Assembly: GCA_904063045.1 (NCBI GenBank)
Contig: CAJFCJ010000003.1
Location: 3,148,504-3,212,503, forward strand
Length of the DNA: 64,000 nucleotides
Origin: Dimorphilus gyrociliatus
Lineage: Eukaryota > Animalia > Annelida
Direction: 5' to 3'
Part shown: one piece after another, positions 52,343 through 64,000 of the stretch
Position numbering within the stretch: position 1 is the stretch's first letter
Layout of the letters: the number at the start of each line of letters is the position of its first letter
Position numbers and translations under genes: made by a program
The notes under the pieces: generated by a model
What the model saw: only the letters and a program-made list of their open reading frames with translations
Databases searched by the model: none
What the model was told of the DNA's origin: nothing

Positions 52343-55300
52343 TTAAATATATATTTTCTCGGTCAATGTAATTATCTCTACCGTTTCTGCGAACAAATCG
52401 CAAATATTTACTAGTCTGAAACTTTTCATGAATTGTTTAAATCTGACGAAGTTTTTTTCCAACAGCGCTTCAATAAAAGTTACATTAATGTAGTTATACT
52501 GTACAAAGAAGTCTATAAATTTATATATATATATATCTTATATACTTGTGCCTATAGTGTATATATGTGAGCAATGTTTACAGGATACACTCTTATTAAT
52601 ACAACACCTGCAAACATACTACACACTATAAAAAATTCTGATTATAGAATAAGTTATCAGTTACTAAAGTGCTGCCATCTGTATTCGGCAAAAATATGAT
52701 AATAAATATGGTATGTTACAATAGAAAATTACTGTAGCATTTGGTTTCACTATAAAGTTTCATAATTTCCTAAAACATAATAACAACATAATCCTTAAGG
52801 GCATAAACTTTACATTTTATACTTAATGATTACTTTTTATAGGTAAAAAAAAAGGGAGAGAGAAGAGAATGGCTAAACAATAACCAAGTTGATATTTTAC
52901 TCTTCGCTAAGCTTTACTACGTTGTTAGTCAGCAGCTGTATTGCCATATTGCCACCATATAATTTTAAAGAATGAAGAATATCGTAACCTTCTGGTAGAA
53001 TTTTCTTTATTGTATAATACACGCCATTTATAGAGTATAAAAAAGAAGAAATGTTTAAAGCAGCTATAAACAGCTAAACTTGTCCTTTATCACCTTCTTT
53101 CAACGGAGTAGATAAAATTTTATATAAAGAGAATTTCGTCACTGACGACTCTGTTCCTTAACAGTCTGCTCTAACATTACTCAATCTTTCCAATTTATCG
53201 TGATAAAAAAACAATATGAAGCCTTTATCACGAAACATTACATACGTATTATATATTGTATTATATATAAGATATTATTAGAGGCTATGACAAAATATAT
53301 TATATTCTCTCTTATAGAGAAAATCAAAAAAATGAAACTTCTAGTTTACGAAAGCAATATTTTATGAAATGATTGTCAATCGGAATCTTTTTTTTAGGTT
53401 TCAAATTTCCCACTTACTTGACATTCCTATGTTGTTTTATACAATGTCCTTGCTTTTTTTTATCTTTTTTTTTAAAGATTTATTTGTTAAATTTAATATT
53501 TTTCATAATAGTATTAGTTAATATATTAAGTACGTTGTTAGATTGGGAAAAAAGCGGAAGAGATACACAGCTAGACAGAGATAAAGAGAGAACGAGAAAG
53601 AGAAAGAGAGAAAGATAGAATACAGAAAGACAGAGGGAGATAGACTGAGATATGGACAGTTTAATTACTATAATTAATAAAGAAAAAGGGGTAAAACCGA
53701 AAGGTTGTTCTCATGTTATCCATTTTACGGAGCTAAGGGAGTTTCAGGGTTAATCTTTTTGTTCTTAAAAAATTTTCCCAACAGTTTAGCGGTAAAGTGC
53801 AATAAATCACATGCTCATTATATAACATTAAATACAAGGGGACTACTTCTTCCTTTATATATGTATATATATTAGCTTTTTCATTAAACAACCTGATTAG
53901 GTTTTTTCTTCTTCAATTTAATACACCTGTATTTATATTATGTAAGGCTTATTTAAGATTGTTATTAACTAGATGAGGATTGGCGCCAGTATCCTAGTGA
54001 GTTTAAATTTTGTTGAAAAACTAGGCGCCACGCGTCGTGAGCCACAGCAAGGCGTCGATTGACTACACTTAGAAAAGAGCTGAGGGCAAAGGAAATTACT
54101 TTTTGAAAGTGATTGCACCGTTATGGAAGAGAATCGAGCCGATTACGTAAAGTGTAATTCAGAATTTATCGTCCCTCTCTAAGTGTATTGACTTTCTCTC
54201 TCTGTCTCTCTCTCTCTCTCATTTATATATATATATCTTTATTTTTCGTTACAATTCATAACGCCATCTATGCTCTTCTTCATAAATTAAATTATTGAAC
54301 CTATTAAACTTGAAACATCTGTAAATAATTATTTGATTTATTTAAATATTTATATTAATTTGTATAAACTACATAAAAAAGTTATATTCAACACTTTGCC
54401 CGAAGGGGGTAAAGAATTATTCCATAATTGTTTTTTCCCTTGAGTATTTTAAGCAAAGATGACTACTGCATAAGCAAACGAGAGAGAGAGAGAGAGAGAC
54501 AAATAGAGAAAAGAGGAGTAGAATCATATGCATTTCCCTTTTGAAGAATTGTTATTATTAAAAAGAAATATTTTCATAGTTCGATACAACGCCATCTGGC
54601 TCTAACCTTAGTCGGTGAACCTTATCGAAAGACTATATATATTTATTGGGTAGATTAAAATTTTGCTAAATATATTGCTATAGCTATTCTTGTTAGGAGA
54701 ATGTTAAGATTAGCTTATATTTTATTCACCCTTATTTACATTTATAGCCATTTATGGTGTTGCGTAATATAGCTAGAGGCCTCGGTCATTACTTGTTAAG
54801 ATAATTACAGTTGTCATTCACGTGTCCAAACTCAAAATGAGCAACTTTCCTCGTCGTAGCTCTTTGGCTGTGATGAGAGTTTCAGAAAATTCGGACAACT
54901 ATCGCCATCTGTTGTGAATCTTTGCATCTCTGCTTTAAATGACCTTCTTTACCGTTTGACGCTTAATCGTTTGAAGCGTAAAATAAGGGTCAATTTCCCA
55001 AAATATATGATGTGGAAAGATGTCTCAATTATTCAAGTTAGGCGTAAAAAGAAAAGGGAAATAATCAAACTGACAGGGCGTATCTATATAAGTGTATAAG
55101 CCAAGCGTAGTACACTTAAAATATCCCCAAATCTCGGTTGACTGAAGCATGACATTTTCTAATTATGTAAATATCTCAATCAGGATTGTAACTCTAGCGT
55201 TAAGTATATTTTAAAAAGGCGGAAAAGGGAGAAAAGAAGGTGTTTATATATAACCTGTTGTAAATATCAGATAACACAAGAAATTTATTAAAGACAGCCA

Positions 55301-55597
55301 ATAAATCTCTTTTTAAAGGAATAAAATTTTTACAGAATTTGTAATGAAAATGTCAGAAATATAATGTTTTTATTACTTTTGATTAAAGTTAATTTCTGAA
55401 AGATTTTACTTGTCTGTTTAAGATGTCTTATAGTTTCTGAAAATAAGACCTGCCTGGTACACTTGTACTTTTTCAGATCACATCAACTGATAATTTTAAT
55501 CTGATAAGATAAAAGTATAACATATAGTATGATAGAAAGCAGTTTGTGACTCAGTATTAGTAGGAAAACTTGATTAGCAGAGTAGAAGACAAAAAGA

Positions 55598-56012
55598 ATG
55601 CGTTCTCCTACAACTCCCACAACGGAATATTCTTTGAGCATTTTAGGAGTATCTTATACCATCAAGAGTCGTACTATCTTGAGAAATATTAGTTTATATT
55701 GCGGAGGTGGAAATATTTTAGCCTTGCTTGGAAATAGCGGTTCTGGTAAAACATCTTTATTAGATGTAGTTGCTTGCAGAGCAGAAGGTCGAACTGTTGG
55801 TGGAGCGTTTATTAATGGAAGATTGGTAACACCAGAACTATTTGTCAAAAGAGGAGCCTATGTCCTACAGGACGATCAATTACTCGGTAAGAAACGTAAA
55901 CAAAAACAACGCTTCCCTATATTTAAGATAAGAAATATTGTTTTTTTACTATGAAAAATATTAACTTTAATTAGCTGATTAGTACTTGACTAAGTTATGC
56001 ATTCGGTATACA

Positions 56013-56052
<40 letters not shown>

Positions 56053-58427
56053 CATTGGGTATCTTATAATCTCCAGGTTATTCATACAAGTATGATTAAC
56101 TAGTTAGATAACACCCTATATTTATCACTGCAAGATGCTGAATAAATAATCTATGAGTCATAGTTTAGAATTAACATCAAAATAGCGTTTCTTCCCTAAT
56201 CTATAAATGATCATTTATCAGGTAAAGAATAAAGAATTGAAGGCAAATTTCTAATAATTTTATAAGCTTTTCTATATCAAATTTTTTAAATACAGCTCAC
56301 TTGACTGTTAAGGAGACTTTAACATATACTGCAAGATTGAAATTTGCTGGCGCCACAAAAAATATTCAAGTTACCCAAAGAGTTGAACAAGTTTTAAACG
56401 AAATAGGTTTAAAACACGTTGCTGATTCAAAAGTTGGTGGTGCTTTTAAGAGAGGAATTTCTGGTGGTGAAAAGAGGAGAGTTAGCATTGGATGTCAGCT
56501 ATTATGTGATCCAGTTGTTCTATTACTAGACGAGCCTACAACTGGATTAGATAGTTTTACTGCGAACAGATTAGTAACTAATTTGTCACAGCTAGCAAAA
56601 CAATACAACAAAGTTATTGTAATGACCATTCATCAGCCCAGGTCTGACATTTTTCGACTATTTGATCATATTGGAATATTGTCTTTAGGTTAAGAAAATG
56701 TAAACAGTTTGAAATGTATTTAATCGGCTTTTAAACAAACAGGTGAACTGGTCTACATGGGCCCATCGTCTCAACTAGTCTCATACTTTACGGATTTAGG
56801 ATATTCGTGTCCACATTATGCTAATCCCTTGGACCATTATGTGGATTTAGCCAGCGTAGATCGAAGGGATATTGTAAGAGAGAGTAACACTACAGCCCGA
56901 GTTAGATCTCTACATGGAAGCTACTTAAATTCAAATATTTTTAAGGATACTTTGTCGGAAGTTCACAGAAGCGCAGCCACGGCCAGTGATCTGGAAGTAG
57001 AGAGTATATTTAGTAATCCATGGACGTATTTAGATCCTCCGGGATTTGCTGCTACATGGGCCACACTTTTTTCTAGGATGACCGTAAATTTAATACGGGA
57101 TAAGCCTTCTTTGTTGATGAGAATTTTTCAATTTTCCTGTTTTAGTTTCTTTCTATGGCTTTTTATTATACGGTACAGCGCTTTAAATAACTTGCCATAG
57201 TATAATTTTATTAATATTTTATTAAACTATATCTTTCTGCTTTTAAAGATTAAAAAAGAATCAAGAATCTATGCAAGATAGAAATGGACTCTTCCATCAA
57301 TTGGTCTCAGTCCCACCGTATGTTGGTGTCCTTAATGCCGTTGCCCTCTTTCCAACATTAAGAACGACCTTTAGACGAGAATCAAAAGATGGACTATATG
57401 GATCAACTGTCTTTCTTTTTGCATATTTTGTCCATATTTTGCCCTTTCACTTAATTTCTACATTCATTTTTACTGCGGTGGTTCATTGGGGTATTGGTTT
57501 ACAATCGGAAATGTTTCGTTTTGGAAGGGTGTGGGCTGTTATATTATTATTGCATTTTTCCGGTGAGGTTTTGGCAGTTGCCCTAATGGGTGTATTTAAG
57601 AATGAAGCAGTGGCCAATAGTATATCAGGTAAGAGAGATAGTAAACAAACAAACTTTCCATATTATAGAATCTTTCTTCTTTTTACATCGCGCATACAAG
57701 TAAAATACTTTATAGCTTTAATATTGTTTTGCCTTTCTACAAATTTTACTTTCCATTAACTAGTATAGAATTTTTGCACTAGTCGTTATAATAGTAATAT
57801 CGGGTAATAATCAATATTATTTTCCAAGAAAGAGCTTTTTGTTCTTAGGTTTGCTGTGTAACATAGTTTATTAAAATTTTTAATTTGAAAGAAGATATAA
57901 ACTAAACAATAGATGAATAAGTCGTTTGAAGGATAAATAACAAAGGTAGCGTTATTTTATCTTTCAGACATCTTAAATTGGGCGTAGAAATGCTTTTTCA
58001 GAAGAGATCAGAAACCGTTATGAATAATAGTATTATAGTCGATAGATGGAGTTGATTTATTTTACTGTTTATTTGTTTTGTAGGTTTAATTTTCGTGATT
58101 GGGGGCCTTATGGGTTCAGGATTCGTTAGAAGTTTAGAAGGAATGATAGACGTTTTGAAGTGGTCAGGATGGATTAATATATTTAAATATACAAGTGAAA
58201 TAATAGTAGCTAATGAACTGAACGGATTGAATTTAACATGTAGTATAAACTCAACAATGCCCTGTTTATACCCAAATGGTAACTTATATTTGAGTATTTT
58301 CTATCCAAAAGCCGTTAAGTGTATGGCAAGGAATTTTATAGTCTCATTTTCCTATATGATTTTCTTTTGTGTATTAGCATTAATAATTTTCAAAATAACA
58401 AAAATAAGAAAATCAAGAATGATATAA
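55598..58427 (+). CDS. ABCG5: ABCG half-transporter, ABCG5/ABCG8-like (TMD closest to ABCG5), 5 exons, 611 aa
   Basis: Exons 55598-55886, 56296-56688, 56743-57172, 57249-57628 and 58084-58427 total 1836 nt in frame. Motifs: Walker A GNSGSGKT, signature ISGGE, Walker B LLLDEPTTGLD, H-loop TIHQPRSD. The TMD segment QDRNGLFHQLVSVPPYVGVLNAVALFP..R...RESKDGLY resembles ABCG5. The symbol is tentative without a phylogeny. Confidence 0.85.
56017..56046. repeat. (AT)n microsatellite in ABCG intron 1
   Basis: Directly visible. Confidence 0.9.
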
Positions 58428-58672
58428 CTGTTATCTTTTTGTTTATTGAATATATAGCTATTGAATATTTAAGGGTGTTGACTTAATGCTATTTTATGAT
58501 GAAAAAATAAGGAAAACAAAAAAAGAAAACAGACTACGAAATAAAAGAACTACTTCTCTGTCTTTCTCTTGTAACGCATAAATCGTTTAAAAGTCGGTTA
58601 AAAGTCTATATTTAGCTTTGAAAGATGATAGTTTTTCTTCATATAAAACACGGTAAAGTATTGTTCAAAGCT

Positions 58673-59692
58673 TTATTTGAATACTTTAAGATAAACTCTA
58701 TCCTCTCCGCCCGTTCTTAATTCTTCTTCTATAATTGCTAATCTTCCACTTTTACAAACTGTATCTACGCATACTCCAATTGGGCTCACTAAACCATCTT
58801 CTCTTCCTAAAACTTTACCAATAAATGCCCCTTCTTCCGAAAACATTTTTATTTTTCTATCGGCTCGATCGCAAACCAATAAATTACCACAGTTATCTAC
58901 ACAAGCTGAACACGGCCATATTAGATTATCTGCACCAAATGATCCCCTATACCTTCCCATACCTTCAAATTTCATAATACAATGTAATCTTGGATCAACT
59001 ACATAAATATGATCAGTTTTTGTATTCGATGTGACCTGGTAAGGATGCTTAAATGGTCCTTCTAACTTTGATAAAACTTTGCCATCCGATCGATATATTT
59101 TAACCTTAGGCTTAATGCTTGAATCTGATACAACAATATCCTCATTTTTGGTAACACATACACCTGTTACTGAAGTTAAACCGTCCAGAAATAAGCATTC
59201 GTTCATTAACATACTGATGTAATGAATTTCAAAGTTAGAAATAGGCTCTCTTTAAGTATGTATACAAAAGTCTAAAATTTGCTATACGACGCTTTATTTT
59301 CCTCTCTTTTACATAGTTTAAAGTAAGACTTTTTCTCTTATTTACAACTGAAATAAATTTTTAAATAAAATACTAGGCCTATTTGAAACTTGAACAGACT
59401 GTAAATTTCCCTCTTCATCTTGTTGACAAACGTGTATCCTAGATAAATCAGCAATATATAACTTATTATTATTCCAACAGACTGCAGTAGGTGACAGTAA
59501 TGCACAACCAGCCCATTTATCTACAATTGCTCTTGTTTGACCAAAATCATCAAATAACTGAACACGTTTATTCCTTTTTTCAGCAACAGCAAGTTTTAAA
59601 TTTGACGTAAAGCAAACAGAGGAAGGAGATTTCAGTTGGCCTTTATGCTTCCCTCTAATTTCAATCCTCCAATCTTCTCTCCAATCTTTCAT
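58673..59692 (-). CDS. NHL-repeat beta-propeller protein (TRIM2/3/71 NHL-domain-like), at least 2 exons
   Basis: ORFs 59692-59342 and 59212-58673 contain NHL blades (GQLKSPSSVCF, LLSPTAVCW, TGVCVTKNEDIVVSD, FKHPYQVT, LIWPCSACVDNCGNLLVCD, LVSPIGVCVD). The intervening intron lies at about 59390-59214 but its exact donor and acceptor are ambiguous. Confidence 0.78.
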
Positions 59693-61764
59693 AATAACTA
59701 TTAACAGTACAAAATCACACGTTTAAATAAAATAGTGCAACTTGATAACCGGCTCTTATCTAATCATACTATATGATAAAATTAATTGTATTCCGATTAA
59801 TATTATACTGTTATTCTCTTTATTATTTATAAAGTACTTTATAACTAAAATGCCTCATCTATAAATAAAAATTTTTTGTCTTTTCAAGGTTAATTAACAC
59901 AATTATCCATTTTTTAAAACTTTGATTATTGCCCTTGACTTATTCAAACCCCTTTATAAAATTCTCGTTTACTAATAGCCTTATTATTATTCACAGACAA
60001 CAAGGGTCAGAGTTATCAAACAAGTGTAAAAATTAAATAAGTTGGCGGAGAATATTTTGCAAGATTTGAAATATTTATAACATCAATAACAGAAATACTA
60101 TTTCGATTATTAATTCATTTCTTAAACGTTCCTAAGGTGATGAAAAAATTAATAGCTTTAGCGCACAACTACTACATTTTCACTTAATATTTCAAAATCT
60201 GGATAGATGAACTTACTCGTTTACTGATATTATGTTCAATGTTATTTAGTGTATTAAACTTGTTGGTTCCATCTAGTAAGACGAAATTTATATTTAGTAA
60301 ATTCAATAGGTTAATAAAAAATTCAGAGATTTTCTTCTATGAATTTAGCTGCTACGGTGGTTTCAAGCTTATACAATTAACTCTTTGTGAATATAATAAC
60401 TAGAATTATGAATGAAAGACGGCTGTACTTGTCAATAAAATACATATAAAATGTCATATTTCTAAAGTTATTGGAGTAAATTTATTAGATAAAACCTTAA
60501 AAGAAATTAACAAGTTATTTTAGTAAATAAAAACGATAAATAACGGTTTCTATCAAATTATTCTTACCTATAAGGAATATATGATTTCTAAAATGACGTT
60601 ATAGAATACTATACATAAAATATTTATAATGTTTATAATACTTTATGAGCTTCCTTTGTAATTTCTATAACATTTTTTATTAAAGCTATTGAAGAGTTAA
60701 AATGTTTCTACTTCTTTAATCTAAAAAGTGAAACATGTAAATATGTTTATTTAGAATGTAACTAATTAATTGTTCATTTGAATTAATCACTAATCTTATA
60801 ATAATTTTTAGATTCCTATCTCTCTCGTCATTGTGTGCACAGTTCATATTAGAAGCAGGGATATTAGAAAATTTCAGTGTTTACTTTGATCTGTCTATAT
60901 TTCAGAGTATATTATTTTTGTCAAAAGGTTAGAAGGAAAAATTTATAGCACTACAAAAAGAAAAACTCATTGAGGGTACGACTGAGAGAGAGGGAGAGAG
61001 CGGAAAACAAAACAGACAGATATATTAAAGGGTAACGGCTAATTACTAGTAGAGTATATAGGTATAATACTCTTTACACTAATTTGTTTGGCAGACACCC
61101 CTCGGGGTAATTTTCAAGGTATAATAAGGCCTGATGAATAGTATAGTATGATGGATATTGGTACATACAGCATTATAGATACCATTCTGGAAAGAGAGCT
61201 ATTAAGCAATCAATAAAATCTGAATCATTTGAAACTATATGCAAAGAAATAGGCAAGAGTGTATTTCGTGATAAAATATATCATTAAAGCCTTGTTACAA
61301 AAGTAACAATTCCGATAATCCATTTACTTTTCTATCATTTTCTTTATTATTAATTAAGAAATAGGAATAGCGCAAAATTAATTAGTTATGAAGATTTAAA
61401 GAATTAATCAATGTATTTTTTTATGAACTGTGAACAACACCCAAATTTTTATATTCATTACAAAAATTTGAATGCAGTTTTATAGCTATTATTGAACAAT
61501 TTATCACAAACACAGATGGTAAAAATATAATTAAAAATTATATAATTTTATGATATACATGTAAAAAATATTCTATGAAAAAGAGGTTGTATAATTATAA
61601 CAAAAGTGATTCATAAAATCAAAAAACATGCAGTTTATAAAAAACATAATAGAGATTAAATATATGTGCGTTTTAAAGAATTAAAGATCCCATCTCTCCT
61701 TTGTAAAAGCAGAAGTAAAAAATTTGAAAAGCTTTCTTTTCTTTTACTATACAGACTATGAGAA

Positions 61765-61768
<4 letters not shown>

Positions 61769-61808
<40 letters not shown>
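61769..61808. repeat. (AT)20 microsatellite just 3' of the DEG/ENaC stop
   Basis: Directly visible, 28 bp from the stop codon at 61837. Confidence 0.95.
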
Positions 61809-61812
<4 letters not shown>

Positions 61813-61836
61813 TATATTCATATATATGTAAATCTT

Positions 61837-63617
61837 TCAGGTTAATTGATAATTGTTAACTGGAGTTTTTTTCTTACGATCTGAGCAAAGGGAATAACAA
61901 ACTTGTAAGACAAAATCTATTATTTCAAATCCGACTATTACTGAGAATCCACACCAGAAATTTACAGCTGCCGCTAATTTTGCTAAGAAATCTCCGATTG
62001 AGAATTGAGGCGTATCTCTTTCTATAATTGCTCCTTTTGCAATGTCTTGTTGAATGTGCAATTGAATTAAATTCTGATAAGATACTTTAGTTGATTTTGC
62101 TAAACATTCCGTTTGAGAATAATTTTGTTTAATACATAAATCATATCCTGATGTTTGTTTTATAAATTTTTCAACTGAGTTCTTATAATCAGCCATTTTT
62201 AAAATGTTAAACATCAAGCTTTTCTCCAATGGAATTGTTGACAATGTCTGTCTGTAAAATTTCTCTCTACATCTTACTTTACAAAATATTTCTGGTCCTA
62301 ATATACTTTTTGGCACACCTTTGTAATCAATAGCTGCTGTCAAATTATAAAAAAAGTCATTTTTTAATATCACGTCATTCAATTCATTCATATTTATGTC
62401 TGGTGATAAGTACTTGCATCTTTTTAGATTCAAATTTTCTAATTTGGGCACTAGAGCTACTTCGCTTAATGTACAGTTAAAAAGATTTATAGCTATACTT
62501 TGCCATGTTTTTGTTACGCAATGAGCTATTGCAGAAGCGTCTACTTCATCGCCGTCGTAGTTATATGTAACATCCTTCTCGCTAACGCAATCAGTATAAG
62601 GGGTGGACTTTCTTATTCTTAAAATTGGTTGAGTAATAACGAAAGCTTCGCTGCCTTTAGGTATTATTAGGCCCATGTCTTGAATTCTTGGTGATACTTC
62701 GTTCCTATCGTGAACTAAAAGTTTAATACCCTCACCTCCTAAAACTCCATTTCTGTCCTTGTAAAACTTGAAATCTTGGGGCATCTCACCCAAATACAAT
62801 GTTAGTATAACTTTATCAATTATGGTATTAAAAACGTAGGGAATATAAAATTTAATATTTAAACAATTGAACATAGTTGGACTCTGAACAATCGTAATGT
62901 TTGAATAGTCTTTACAAGGAATCGAGGATGATTCAAATCCTGCCATAGTAATTTTACAACTTAGAAGTAAAACTGACGGCTCGTGACCTAAAAAAAAATA
63001 TAGATTATACTAAATATGATAATCTGCAACAAATAGTCTCAATAAGAAAAATATCAGCGTATGCTGTATATTTTATATAAAACATAAAGATCTTCAGCTC
63101 TAGCGTAAAATTATCAAATTAGTTCATTTATCAATCCATTTTAGGACAACATACCTATTTCTTTGGCTCTATTCCTGCCTAACCAGTCAAAGTATGTAGC
63201 AATATGAGTTAAATAGGCTATTTGCTGGGCATTGAGAGTTTTATTCTGTAAGCTTCTCTCTTCAAGTCTTTTCATTAAGAGATTATAGAAATCTTGATAT
63301 GTCGGAAAGTTAGTTTGTGATGATTCTTTAAAAGGAGACAGAGAACAAAGAGTTACAGCTGGAAAATATTCATTGCTCTTCATAATCTTATGAGATTCTT
63401 CAATGCGGGTAAAAACTCCATATTCCAAGTAGCCAGATATTAGATTATGACTATGGTAACAAGCAATGCCAATAACCAGAATTGTAACAACAATCCACAT
63501 TGACATAATACACGAATTTCTTGTTTTAACGATTCTTGGAATACTTTTCATACTTGTGACATGAAGGGCATCCAAGAATTTCTTTTTTACTTTTAAGCAT
63601 TTTGATGACTCCGTCAT
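61837..63617 (-). CDS. DEG/ENaC (degenerin/ASIC/FaNaC-superfamily) channel subunit, 2 exons, 537 aa
   Basis: Exons 63617-63155 and 62987-61837 total 1614 nt, with a 167-bp phase-1 intron joining to give GHE..LLLSC. The protein has TM1 followed by FPAVTLC, G..L.VH, PYTDC, a Cys-containing thumb and TM2 NFWCGFSVIVGFE with the GxS filter. The ATG at 63617 is preferred over the TTG start of the ORF track. Confidence 0.9.
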
Positions 63618-63892
63618 TTCGATGAAGATAATATAATACAATAAGCGAGAAATCGTTTATGAGAAAATATCCACTAGGAAACTATAAGTATAATCATATG
63701 CAAACGATATAAAGCGGATGAATGAATTTTTAACTCTATTAATAATATAGAGGGCGGAACAATTGCCAAAGCAATTTACTTGAACTAAATATATGTAGTG
63801 TATTTTGGTGGGAATTAATGATAAGAAATGATGTTTCTATTAACGGTTGGCTATTTATAATTTATTTGTATAAAAAAAATATCAGTTTATAT

Positions 63893-63908
63893 CCAATAGA
63901 TGGCAGTG
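63893..63908 (+). promoter_or_regulatory. CTCF-like motif CCAATAGATGGCAGTG
   Basis: Close to the CTCF consensus CCASYAGRKGGCRS, about 280 bp upstream of the DEG/ENaC start. It is the best of several related motifs in the window. Confidence 0.45.
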
Positions 63909-64000
63909 CTGTATCTAAAATAGTGTTTCTCTTTCTAAAGAGTGTAACGAGTAAATTATTACTTGTAAACAATTAATATTAATTAGGTAATATGGAAATG

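Noticed and set aside
52100-55597. Search for a head-to-head ABCG8 partner upstream of the ABCG gene
   Set aside because: No ABC motifs on the minus strand; the next gene is tbx20-B.
14029-55848. Antisense or overlapping ORFs (14029-14250, 18047-18247, 22119-22331, 46585-46806, 47368-47574, 48315-48497, 51812-52108, 55654-55848)
   Set aside because: Shadows of real exons on the opposite strand or in another frame.
1-64000. CRISPR arrays, tRNA, rRNA, operons or defence systems
   Set aside because: No regularly spaced repeat-spacer units or recognisable structural RNA; the DNA is intron-containing animal sequence.

Overview
AT-rich eukaryotic (animal) genomic DNA with GT-AG spliced genes. The gene content and introns as short as 54-170 bp suggest a compact invertebrate, possibly lophotrochozoan, genome; this is inference and no species is claimed. 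Reconstructing exons by hand gives seven protein-coding genes. In order: an RGK-family (Rad/Gem/Kir-like) small GTPase (+, 5' end not located, with a 27-nt switch-II microexon); an intronless FMRFamide-receptor-like GPCR (-); after about 15 kb with no recognisable gene, a tail-to-tail pair of complete Tbx20 paralogs (+ and -); an ABCG5-like half-transporter (+); an NHL-repeat protein (-); and a divergent two-exon DEG/ENaC channel (-). A TA-flanked, internally deleted Tc1-like IR/DR transposon lies at 17.6-18.6 kb next to a possible decayed ankyrin-like sequence. The most notable observations are the RGK microexon with an upstream UGC motif, the old Tbx20 duplication with asymmetric gene structure and shared promoter modules, the DEG/ENaC that has lost its HG motif and two whole thumb disulfide pairs, and CTCF-like motifs bracketing the Tbx20 pair. 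I found no CRISPR array, rRNA, tRNA or prokaryotic system, and I do not claim a wholly new multi-gene system. All splice models are sequence-only predictions.
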